DNA of 32,000 nt from Polynucleobacter sphagniphilus. Its GTDB lineage: Bacteria > Pseudomonadota > Gammaproteobacteria > Burkholderiales > Burkholderiaceae. The notes under the pieces were generated by a model that was given only the letters and a program-made list of their open reading frames with translations, had not been told where the DNA came from and searched no databases. Each line of letters starts with the position of its first letter. The stretch's first letter is position 1. Shown piece by piece: positions 1 to 7,825 of this stretch. Location of the stretch: positions 403,848 through 435,847 of the forward strand of contig NZ_MPIY01000001.1 in assembly GCF_001953355.1 (NCBI RefSeq), read 5' to 3'. The position numbers and the translations under genes are program-made.

Positions 1-1
1 G

Positions 2-817
2 GGGCGCGTGAATGGATCGAGTGGATTAATTACGCGCGATGGCCTAAAGGCCATGAAAAAGCATCTCCTCAAGTACGAGCATATTAGCCAAGTTGAGTTG
101 GACGGCTTAAAAGAAGACCGCAGAGGTGTTTGGCCGGGCGGCCTAGCCATTATGTTGGCGGTATTTGATGAGCTAGGCATTGAAAGCATGGAAGTCACTG
201 ATGCCGCCTTGCGGGTTGGCGTACTGTATGACCTCTTGGGCCGCTCCCAACATCACGATATGCGTTATGTCACTGTCGAGCAGTTCATGCAACGCTATTC
301 AGTGGATCGAGAGCAGGCTGATCGGGTTGGTAAATTGGCTGGAGAATTTTTAGCGCAATTGCCAAAGCCTGATGTCGAGGATCGGGCTGACAATATTGCC
401 TTATTACAGTGGGCCGCCAATCTTCATGAGATTGGTTTATCCATTTCTCATAATGGATATCACAAGCACTCAGCTTATATTGCCGGTCATGCGGATATGC
501 CTGGATTTTCTAAGAACGACCAGGCACGGCTCTCGGCCTTATTGATTGGGCATGCTGGTAAATTAGGTAAGCTAGCCAATAACAGCAGTTTTAATGACTG
601 GCGTATGCTCTTTTGCCTGCGCTTGGCACAGGTCTTATGTCGCGGCAGGAGTGATACAAGTCTGCCTAGGGTAAAAGTTTCTGAGCACGGCGGCTCTTAC
701 TTGGTGACGCTCTCAGAAGACTGGATTAAAGAGCATCCTTTGACTGAATTTAGCCTGCAAAAAGAAGCGGCCGAATGGGAACGCATCGGCCGAACTTATC
801 GCTTGGGTCTGAAGTAA
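2..817 (+). CDS. ppx: exopolyphosphatase (Ppx/GppA family), C-terminal part; the 5' end lies left of the window
   Basis: The reading frame is open to the window edge. The translation (LGIESMEVTDAALRVGVLYDLLGR ... LHEIGLSISHNGYHKHSAYI) matches the Ppx/GppA second domain plus the HD-like C-terminal region. Confidence 0.85.
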   Translation, partial: GRVNGSSGLITRDGLKAMKKHLLKYEHISQVELDGLKEDRRGVWPGGLAIMLAVFDELGIESMEVTDAALRVGVLYDLLGRSQHHDMRYVTVEQFMQRYSVDREQADRVGKLAGEFLAQLPKPDVEDRADNIALLQWAANLHEIGLSISHNGYHKHSAYIAGHADMPGFSKNDQARLSALLIGHAGKLGKLANNSSFNDWRMLFCLRLAQVLCRGRSDTSLPRVKVSEHGGSYLVTLSEDWIKEHPLTEFSLQKEAAEWERIGRTYRLGLK

Positions 818-832
818 TCATTTGATTACTTC
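811..832. terminator. perfect palindrome GAAGTAATCA-tt-TGATTACTTC spanning the ppx stop codon; possible bidirectional terminator hairpin between convergent genes
   Basis: 10+10 bp inverted repeat read directly. It lies in the 31-bp gap between convergent ORFs. The stem is AT-rich and there is no T-tract. Confidence 0.25.
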
Positions 833-848
833 GAGGATGTATAGGCGC

Positions 849-1781
849 TTAGAGCCCTAAAAAATGCTTAGCGTAGCGTGGATTAATATCCGAGAGACGC
901 AGCATCGTTAGTAAATCAGCAGTATTAAAGTCAGGATCCCAGGCTGGAGCGCTACAGATCTTTGCGCCTAATTTGAGATAGCCCTTAATCAATGGCGGCG
1001 GCTCCACCTCAAGACCGCCATTCAGGCGATCTAATGGCAAAGGTAAGCGTGGAAAGGCATGGTTTTCAATGGGAGCCATTTGATCATTGCCTAGCGAGTT
1101 ATATAGGCTAGCAGCAAAGTGGCCGCCATCAGCCATTGGAATGCTTGCGCAACCAAGCATGATTTCATAGTCATGCTTTTGCATGTACTGCGCCAAACCA
1201 CTCCACAAAGACATAATGACTGCGCCAGAGCGGTAATCTGCATGAACACAGGATCTGCCCAGCTCAACCATCTTAGGACGTAAGTGATTAAGGCGAACCA
1301 AGTCAAACTCCGCATCCGAGTAAAGGCGACCAATTTCTTGGGCTTTATGCGGTGGCAGCACGCGATAAGTTCCTACCACTTTGAGAGTTTCTTGATCGCG
1401 AATCAATAAATGGTCGCAATAGGCATCGAATTCGTCGACATCTAAATTCTCTGGGTGGGCAGGAAGGTGGGCACCCATTTCTTCGGCAAATACCTTATAG
1501 CGCAAACGTTGCGCTTCTTTAATTTCATCAGCGTTACTGGCCCAAGTAATCAGGAAGCCAGCTTTTTTGACTTTTTTAACTTGTTGATCGATTGGCGCGA
1601 CTTCATGGGACGTCAATTCAGCGCGAGTCTTCAAGGCAAACTTTTTGCCAAATAGTTTTTTGGCAACTTTTTTAGAAAATAATTTCTTGAGTGGATTTGC
1701 TTTTGCTTTCTTTTGTTTTTTCTCATCTACTCGAGCAGAGAAAATATCAAAAGCAGCTAATGGGTTAGGAATATCTGACAT
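849..1781 (-). CDS. olsB: GNAT-fold N-acyltransferase of the OlsB / 'hemolysin-like' family (ornithine-lipid or other N-acyl amino acid synthase) with a Lys-rich N-terminal extension
   Basis: Motifs RLRYKVFAEEMGA, DEFDAYCDHLLI, VVGTYRVL, ELGRSCVHADYR and LGCASIP are the OlsB-family signature as I remember it. Confidence 0.7.
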   Translation of the reverse strand: MSDIPNPLAAFDIFSARVDEKKQKKAKANPLKKLFSKKVAKKLFGKKFALKTRAELTSHEVAPIDQQVKKVKKAGFLITWASNADEIKEAQRLRYKVFAEEMGAHLPAHPENLDVDEFDAYCDHLLIRDQETLKVVGTYRVLPPHKAQEIGRLYSDAEFDLVRLNHLRPKMVELGRSCVHADYRSGAVIMSLWSGLAQYMQKHDYEIMLGCASIPMADGGHFAASLYNSLGNDQMAPIENHAFPRLPLPLDRLNGGLEVEPPPLIKGYLKLGAKICSAPAWDPDFNTADLLTMLRLSDINPRYAKHFLGL

Positions 1782-1789
1782 AGAGAGCC

Positions 1790-2194
1790 TTACAAATTAA
1801 ATAAAAGGGGAATACACACAATTGCCCAAAACAGCATTGCGATTACAAGGGCGAGCATGACTGCGGCAGAACCATAATCTTTGGCGCGTTTAGAAAGGTC
1901 GTGATGTTCAAAAGAAATGCGATCGATTGCAGCCTCCACGCTAGAGTTGAGAAGCTCAACCACCAAAACTAACACCAAGGAGGCAATCAATACCATTTTT
2001 TCCAAAGGGCGCACTGGAAGAGCTAGTGCAATGGGGCTAAAGATGCATAACAAGAGGAGCTCTTGTCGAAAAGCACTCTCTTCTTTAAATGCGTACACCA
2101 TCCCAGACCATGAGTTCTTAGCCGCGTGCCATGCGCGGGTCAGGCCCCGATTGCCCTTATGCGGATTTTGATCGATGTGATATTTGGTATTCAA
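1790..2194 (-). CDS. dgkA: diacylglycerol kinase (prokaryotic DgkA family)
   Basis: 134 aa with 3 TM segments. Motifs EESAFRQEL and ELLNSSVEAAIDRI...HDLSKRAKDYGSAAV are typical of DgkA. Confidence 0.9.
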   Translation of the reverse strand: MNTKYHIDQNPHKGNRGLTRAWHAAKNSWSGMVYAFKEESAFRQELLLLCIFSPIALALPVRPLEKMVLIASLVLVLVVELLNSSVEAAIDRISFEHHDLSKRAKDYGSAAVMLALVIAMLFWAIVCIPLLFNL

Positions 2195-2206
2195 AATCAG
2201 GTCGAT

Positions 2207-3235
2207 TTACGCTAATGCTGTGAGGTGCACATCTGGAGAGGGCACCGGTCTGAGATGATTGGCAAATTGCTCAGAAGCTGCTCTCCAAGAAAACTTCTCT
2301 GCATGTGCGCGGGCAACTTCACGAGGGATTTTGAGTGCCTGTAAGCAAGCTTCCCGTAAGTCTTCATTCATTGCCCCGGCAGGGGAGTTGCCAAGGACAT
2401 CAATTGGACCGGTTACCGGATAGGCTGCTACTGGTGTACCACATGCCATCGCTTCAAGTAGCACTAAGCCAAAGGTATCGGTTTTGCTTGGAAAAACAAA
2501 TACATCCGCTGCTGCATATACCTTAGCCAATTCTTCTTGCTGAAGAACGCCAAGGTAGTTCACCTCAGGATATTTTTCTTTAATACCAGCCATGGCTGGC
2601 CCATCACCCACAACCCATTTTGATCCGGGTAAATCAATTTCTAAGAACGCATTGATATTCTTTTCAACCGCAACCCGACCTACATACAAGAAAATCGGGT
2701 GTGCCGTATTGAGGGCTTTGGATTCTTGTACTTTGAAAATCTTGAGATCGACTCCACGTGACCATAGGACAACATTAGTAAAGCCGTATTTTTCAAGATC
2801 TTGTTTTACAACAATCGTTGGTGCCATCACAGCCATTGAAGGACCGTGGAACCAGCGCAAGAAAGCATAAGTGAGGCCAAGTGGAATGCCTGTGCGAGCC
2901 TTAACGTACTCTGGGAAACGGGTGTGATATGCGGTGGAGAAGGGCAGTTTATTTCTGACTGCATAGGCGCGGGCTGAAAGGCCCAACGGGCCTTCTGTAG
3001 CAATATGCATGGCATCAGGCGCGAACTCTTTAATCTTTTTCGCAACCAGCTTGCCTGGAAACAATGAAAGTGAAATATCTGGATACGTAGGACATGGAAT
3101 AGTTTTGAACTCTTGCGGCGTAATCATCTGCACTTCGTGACCCATCCCAATGAGCTCGGCACGCGTTTGCTTCAGGGTTCTGACAACACCATTGACTTGA
3201 GGTTCCCAAGCGTCGGTAATGATCATGATCTTCAT
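2207..3235 (-). CDS. family-1/GT4 glycosyltransferase (Agt-like candidate diacylglycerol glycosyltransferase)
   Basis: 342 aa. Has a GT-B N-terminus (MKIMIITDAWEPQVNGVV) and a C-terminal FVFPSKTDTFGLVLLEAMACGTPV (EX7E-type) motif. Its ATG overlaps the upstream stop as ATGA. Confidence 0.85.
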   Translation of the reverse strand: MKIMIITDAWEPQVNGVVRTLKQTRAELIGMGHEVQMITPQEFKTIPCPTYPDISLSLFPGKLVAKKIKEFAPDAMHIATEGPLGLSARAYAVRNKLPFSTAYHTRFPEYVKARTGIPLGLTYAFLRWFHGPSMAVMAPTIVVKQDLEKYGFTNVVLWSRGVDLKIFKVQESKALNTAHPIFLYVGRVAVEKNINAFLEIDLPGSKWVVGDGPAMAGIKEKYPEVNYLGVLQQEELAKVYAAADVFVFPSKTDTFGLVLLEAMACGTPVAAYPVTGPIDVLGNSPAGAMNEDLREACLQALKIPREVARAHAEKFSWRAASEQFANHLRPVPSPDVHLTALA

Positions 3236-4041
3236 AATGTGGCCTCTTTAATGAATAGTTCAGCAGCAGGTAGGTTGCGAGTCTCTAATGCTTCTAAGGG
3301 CTCGCCTTTAATATGGGGCCAGTGAATAATTTTGAGTTCGCCGGTTTGCGTTTCTACTAAGGCGGTCAGACTCTCGACCCAATCGCCGTCATTGCAGTAC
3401 AGCAAGCCATCGATTTCGCGAATCTCTGCTTTATGGATGTGTCCACAGACCACGCCATCACAACCACGCAGCCTGGCTTCACGCGCCATGATGTGCTCAA
3501 AGTCCGCGATGTAACTTACCGCATTCTTCACTTGGTGCTTGAGGTATTGGGATAGAGACCAATACTGCAAACCCATCCGAATGCGAATCATATTGAAGTA
3601 ACGATTGATGTACAGAATGAAGGAATACAGCGTATCGCCCACATAGGCGAGCCATTTGGCATATTGCATGACGCCATCAAATAAGTCGCCATGAGTAACC
3701 CAGAGCTTCTTGCCATCAAGAGTGGTGTGGATTACCTCTTCAACCACCTTGACATCGCCAAAGGACATTCCAAAGAACTGGCGAGCACTTTCGTCATGGT
3801 TGCCGGGAACGTAGATGACCTCTGTGCCTTTACGGGCTTTGCGTAATAGCTTTTGGACAACATCGTTGTGTGCCTGAGGCCAGTAAAATGATTTCTTCAG
3901 CCTCCAGCCATCGATAATGTCGCCAACTAGGTAAAATCGATCGGCATCGTTATGCCGCAAGAAATCGAGGAGGTAGTTTGCCTGACACCCTGATGTTCCT
4001 AGGTGTACGTCTGAAATCCAGATAGCTCTGTAATGCATCAT
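3232..4041 (-). CDS. calcineurin-like metallophosphoesterase of the LpxH-like (UDP-2,3-diacylglucosamine diphosphatase) family; PlcP-type phospholipase C candidate
   Basis: 269 aa with motifs ISDVHLG, VGDIIDGW, GNHDE and GHIH. It is the first gene of the operon and is translationally coupled to the glycosyltransferase. Confidence 0.8.
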   Translation of the reverse strand: MMHYRAIWISDVHLGTSGCQANYLLDFLRHNDADRFYLVGDIIDGWRLKKSFYWPQAHNDVVQKLLRKARKGTEVIYVPGNHDESARQFFGMSFGDVKVVEEVIHTTLDGKKLWVTHGDLFDGVMQYAKWLAYVGDTLYSFILYINRYFNMIRIRMGLQYWSLSQYLKHQVKNAVSYIADFEHIMAREARLRGCDGVVCGHIHKAEIREIDGLLYCNDGDWVESLTALVETQTGELKIIHWPHIKGEPLEALETRNLPAAELFIKEATL

Positions 4042-4076
4042 GAGTTGTTATTAGGCCTGTGGCTTGTGTAAAGATC

Positions 4077-4105
4077 ATGACAATTTAATGTCAGTTTTGT
4101 GACTC
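4077..4105 (-). promoter_or_regulatory. candidate Pho box (PhoB binding site) upstream of the lipid operon
   Basis: The minus strand reads GAGTCAC-aaaa-CTGACAT-taaa-TTGTCAT. The last 18 nt match the E. coli Pho box CTGTCATAAAACTGTCAT at 15/18 with 11-bp phasing. The site lies 36-64 nt upstream of the start codon at 4041. Confidence 0.55.
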
Positions 4106-4127
4106 AATTTATGTTTATCATCTTTAA

Positions 4128-4901
4128 ATGAATGAGCAAAAACCACTTCAAGCAGAGCAGATCTCATTTTTTCGCTTGCTGGGGTCATGGAGCCGAATTG
4201 GAGTCCATGTATTGGCGGGCATTTTTACGCTGTGTTTTATATTCCCATGGATTGATGCCCAGTCAAAAAAAAGACATATACAAAAGTGGTCGGCTCACTT
4301 ATTGGCTATTTTTGAGATTGAGCTTAAGGTATATGGTGGGCAATTACTCCCCAAAAGCCCTTATTTATTGGTAGCAAATCATATTTCCTGGTTAGACATT
4401 CATGCGATCAATTCATATCACCCCCTCCGATTTGTTGCAAAGTCAGAGGTAGCAGGCTGGCCTATTTTTGGTTGGATGGCAAAGCAATTAGGTACTGTCT
4501 TTGTTCGGCGCGAAAGTGCGCGTCATGCTAGAGCGGTAGTGGGGGAGATTGCACAGGTTTTGCAGAAAGATTCTATTTGCATCTTTCCGGAAGGAACATC
4601 TAGTCTCGGAAATATGGTGTTGCCATTTAGGCCTAATTTATTTGAGGCTGCTCTAGTTGCTCAGGTGCCGTTATATCCTCTGGCGATACGCTATGTATCG
4701 AGAGTAACGGGAGAAAAAACGACCATACCGGCATTTGTAGGTGATATGGGGCTCTTGGAGTCGATGGTTCAGGTTCTTAAAAATCCCCGATTGGGTGTGG
4801 AATTACATTTTTTACCACCCATTAGCCCCACCGATGAAGATGCATTGGATCGAAAGCAATTAGCGCTCTATAGCCAGGAGTGCATCTCCCGACAGATCTA
4901 A
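4128..4901 (+). CDS. lysophospholipid (PlsC-family) acyltransferase; OlsA-like candidate
   Basis: 257 aa. Has the H(X)4D motif in VANHISWLDIHA and an FPEGTSS block. Transcribed divergently from the lipid operon. Confidence 0.8.
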   Translation: MNEQKPLQAEQISFFRLLGSWSRIGVHVLAGIFTLCFIFPWIDAQSKKRHIQKWSAHLLAIFEIELKVYGGQLLPKSPYLLVANHISWLDIHAINSYHPLRFVAKSEVAGWPIFGWMAKQLGTVFVRRESARHARAVVGEIAQVLQKDSICIFPEGTSSLGNMVLPFRPNLFEAALVAQVPLYPLAIRYVSRVTGEKTTIPAFVGDMGLLESMVQVLKNPRLGVELHFLPPISPTDEDALDRKQLALYSQECISRQI

Positions 4902-4978
4902 TAGCGCCTTAATTGGTAACAAAATTGACATATGCCTACGATACAAATGAAAATAGGTAATTCGTATTAAGGACTGCA

Positions 4979-5884
4979 ATGACCTCAAAGCATACAGAGA
5001 TGGCCGAATGGTATCGGCGTGCTCAAGAAGAAATTTTAGATAGCATGGATGAAGAGCTCGAAATGGAGCTCGATGATGATCGTCTTGCCATTGATGGCGA
5101 GTCTGGATCAAGCATGCCTCGCCAAGAGTACTTTAAAGAGCTTTTCCGCTTGCAAGGCGAGTTAGTTAAGCTCCAAGACTGGGTGGTGGCAAATAAGGTC
5201 AAGGTAGCCGTTTTGTTTGAGGGTCGAGATTCAGCGGGTAAGGGCGGCGCAATCAAGCGCATTACCCAAAGACTGAATCCCCGGGTTTGTAAGGTAGTCG
5301 CCTTACCAGCACCCAATGAGCGTGAAAAAACCCAGTGGTATTTTCAGCGTTATATTTCACATTTACCGGCAGGCGGAGAAATTGTTCTTTTTGACCGCAG
5401 TTGGTACAACCGTGCAGGTGTTGAAAAGGTAATGGGTTTTTGTACCGATGAAGAGTACGAAGAATTCCTGAAAACCGTGCCTGATTTAGAGCGCATGATG
5501 ATTAATTCAGGGATTATCCTCATTAAGTATTGGTTCTCCATTTCGGATGAAGAGCAGTACAACCGCTTTATGATGCGTATTCATGATCCATTAAAGCAAT
5601 GGAAATTGAGTCCAATGGATTTGGAAGCGCGTCGCTTATGGGAGGCCTACACCAAGGCTAAAGAGACGATGCTTGAGCGCACCCATATTCCTGAGGCGCC
5701 ATGGTGGGTTGTGGCCGCCAATGACAAGAAAAAGGCACGTTTAAATTGCATCACTCATTTGCTCAGTCAGATTCCCTATCAAGAGATTGAGCACCCGGTC
5801 ATTACCTTGCCTGCCCGCGTCCACAATCCGGACTACCTTCGTGGCCCCGTACCCCCCGAGATGTATGTGCCGGAGGTTTATTAG
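4979..5884 (+). CDS. ppk2: polyphosphate kinase 2 (single-domain PPK2)
   Basis: 301 aa. Walker A-like FEGRDSAGKGGAIKRI, then FDRSWYNRAGVE and WKLSPMDLEAR, all typical of PPK2. Confidence 0.9.
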   Translation: MTSKHTEMAEWYRRAQEEILDSMDEELEMELDDDRLAIDGESGSSMPRQEYFKELFRLQGELVKLQDWVVANKVKVAVLFEGRDSAGKGGAIKRITQRLNPRVCKVVALPAPNEREKTQWYFQRYISHLPAGGEIVLFDRSWYNRAGVEKVMGFCTDEEYEEFLKTVPDLERMMINSGIILIKYWFSISDEEQYNRFMMRIHDPLKQWKLSPMDLEARRLWEAYTKAKETMLERTHIPEAPWWVVAANDKKKARLNCITHLLSQIPYQEIEHPVITLPARVHNPDYLRGPVPPEMYVPEVY

Positions 5885-5916
5885 TGGTAATCTCTTTGTA
5901 ATACAGAGAGAACGCC

Positions 5917-6744
5917 ATGAAATTACACCCCTCAATTACTAACCGGGAATTTAAGTTGCTGATCAAGCCCCAGGGCTTGGATCGGCGTTCGCAAATTGAG
6001 AAACTAAGTCAACAAATTCTCAACTTTTGCCATAAAAACAAGGTTGAGTTTTTCCACCTCGATAATGCGACTACAGGTCTTCGCAATATCTATTTTTGGG
6101 ATACACCGGGGGAGCATTTTCGGCAAAATAATATTATTTTGCGCGTAAGAGAATCACGTCAAAATGTATGGGTTGATGACTTTTGCGAAGTCACTTTGAA
6201 GTGTAGAACGCATGACCTTGAAGACTCCTTCAAATTTGATCCAAAGCCTAAGAAAAAAATTAAAGCTCGCCTGAGGCTAAAAGAAGAGATATTACGAGGC
6301 GATGGGCTTGGCACAAAGCGACTTATCTATTCAAATAACGCCATTCTTGATGCAGTACCCCTGGATAATATTTTTGAGCGGACGCATGCCAGCCTGACAG
6401 AATTTTTCCCTACGCTCAAAAAAATATTGATTGATAAAAAAACGCCCATTCGTATTGTGGGTGGTAGTACTAACAAAATTCTGGAAGCCTGCTTACCCTT
6501 GGGTAACTTGCAATTCGGCGCTGGTGTGCAAGCGCATTGCGATATTGCCATTTGGATGAAAAGCGTTGGAGAGCCAATTGTTGGCGAGTTAGCCTTTTCA
6601 TATCGTGTCAATGATGAAAATCGCGAGGCCATTAAGGCGCACAAAAGGGCTGATAAATTTTTTAAGAATCTACAAATTGAGCTTAAAGATTGGCTAGAAA
6701 TTGGCAGCACGAAGACTGCGCTGGTATACGGTAAGCCAGAGTAG
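5917..6744 (+). CDS. hypothetical protein, possibly a divergent CYTH-like (triphosphate tunnel) fold
   Basis: 275 aa. Alternating charged beta-strand motifs (REFKLLIKP, IYFWDTP...ILRVRE, EVTLKCR, RLRLKEE, GELAFSY) resemble CYTH strands. Starts 32 nt after ppk2. The assignment is tentative. Confidence 0.35.
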   Translation: MKLHPSITNREFKLLIKPQGLDRRSQIEKLSQQILNFCHKNKVEFFHLDNATTGLRNIYFWDTPGEHFRQNNIILRVRESRQNVWVDDFCEVTLKCRTHDLEDSFKFDPKPKKKIKARLRLKEEILRGDGLGTKRLIYSNNAILDAVPLDNIFERTHASLTEFFPTLKKILIDKKTPIRIVGGSTNKILEACLPLGNLQFGAGVQAHCDIAIWMKSVGEPIVGELAFSYRVNDENREAIKAHKRADKFFKNLQIELKDWLEIGSTKTALVYGKPE

Positions 6745-6752
6745 GCTTTCTT

Positions 6753-7304
6753 ATGGCAGATAAAAAAAGCGGTGCAAACCTTTGGGATATCTTTCTGCAA
6801 TTTCTGATCATTGGCGCCATTAGTTTTGGTGGCGGTATTATTGCCTATGAACGTATTCTTTTAGTTGAAAAGCGCAAATGGTTAAACGCTGATGAATTCA
6901 TGGCCTACTTGGCGATTAGTCAAACCATGCCAGGCTTAAATTCAGTGAATCTAGCAGTGCTTACAGGGGATTTCCTGCGAGGTGTTACGGGCTCAGTGTG
7001 CGCAGTCCTGGGCTTACTTCTCCCTGGATCGGCATTTATTCTCGGTATTGGTATTTTATATTCCAGTAATTCGAATCATCCTATGGCCAATATCATTTTG
7101 GCGGGAATAGCGGCGGCTGCGACTGGTTTATTGGCAGCCATCACCTACCGCATAGGTGGCGATCACTGGCGGCACATGAAGTCTTTGGCGATTGTGCTGG
7201 CAACCTTTGTATTGATGAGTCTATTTAAGCTTTCCCTTCTGGCGGTGCTTGCAATCATGGCTCCGATTGCGCTGTATGTGTATCGTCCTGGTAAATCAAT
7301 ATGA
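6753..7304 (+). CDS. chromate transporter (CHR family), first half of a split pair
   Basis: 183 aa. FLQFLIIGAISFGGGIIAYERILLVEKRKWLNADEFMAYLAISQTMPG is the CHR-domain signature. Confidence 0.85.
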   Translation: MADKKSGANLWDIFLQFLIIGAISFGGGIIAYERILLVEKRKWLNADEFMAYLAISQTMPGLNSVNLAVLTGDFLRGVTGSVCAVLGLLLPGSAFILGIGILYSSNSNHPMANIILAGIAAAATGLLAAITYRIGGDHWRHMKSLAIVLATFVLMSLFKLSLLAVLAIMAPIALYVYRPGKSI

Positions 7305-7825
7305 ATATATTGCTTCAGCTGGGGCTGAACTTTGTCTTGCTTTCACTTTTGGCGGTGGGTGGCGGAACGGCAGTTTTACCTGAGATGCAAAGTATTTTGT
7401 ATGCGCATTTTGGCCTAGACCATACCCAGTTTGTTCATATGTACAGTATCGGTCAGCTGGCTCCTGGCCCCAATATGTTGATGGTGCTGATCATTGGCTA
7501 TCAAATCGCTGGCTTGGCCGGAGCAGGCATAGTTTTGCTGGCATTCTTTCTGCCATCGAGTATTTTGTGTTTTTATGTTGGCCGTTTGTGGGTGCGAATA
7601 GGGGAGAGTCCTTGGCGCCGTGCAGTACAAAATGCTTTAGAGCCCATCTCAGTCGGACTCATGGCATCGGGTGTTTATGCCGTTGGCAAGGCTTCGATTG
7701 TTAGCTCGCTAACTGCTGGACTGGCGCTGATTACCCTCTATCTTATTTTGCGTACCAAAATTAACCCTGTCATTGTGATTCTGGGCTCGGGTTTGGTGGC
7801 AACCCTCATCACCAAGTTCCTTTAA
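7301..7825 (+). CDS. chromate transporter (CHR family), second half of a split pair
   Basis: 174 aa containing LLAVGGGTAVLPEMQ...IGQLAPGPNML. Shares an ATGA overlap with the first half. Confidence 0.85.
   Translation: MNILLQLGLNFVLLSLLAVGGGTAVLPEMQSILYAHFGLDHTQFVHMYSIGQLAPGPNMLMVLIIGYQIAGLAGAGIVLLAFFLPSSILCFYVGRLWVRIGESPWRRAVQNALEPISVGLMASGVYAVGKASIVSSLTAGLALITLYLILRTKINPVIVILGSGLVATLITKFL

Noticed and set aside
4902-4978. Possible second Pho box upstream of ppk2 (TTGACAT-atgc-CTACGAT)
   Set aside because: Only one half-site is reasonable, and the partner 7-mer matches 4/7. It cannot be distinguished from an ordinary TTGACA -35 element.
6327-6800. 157-aa antisense ORF, plus similar shadow ORFs (for example 1091-1333, 11718-12101, 23878-24174, 27623-27895)
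   Set aside because: All lie fully inside, and antisense to, longer ORFs that have convincing family motifs. They are typical shadow ORFs.
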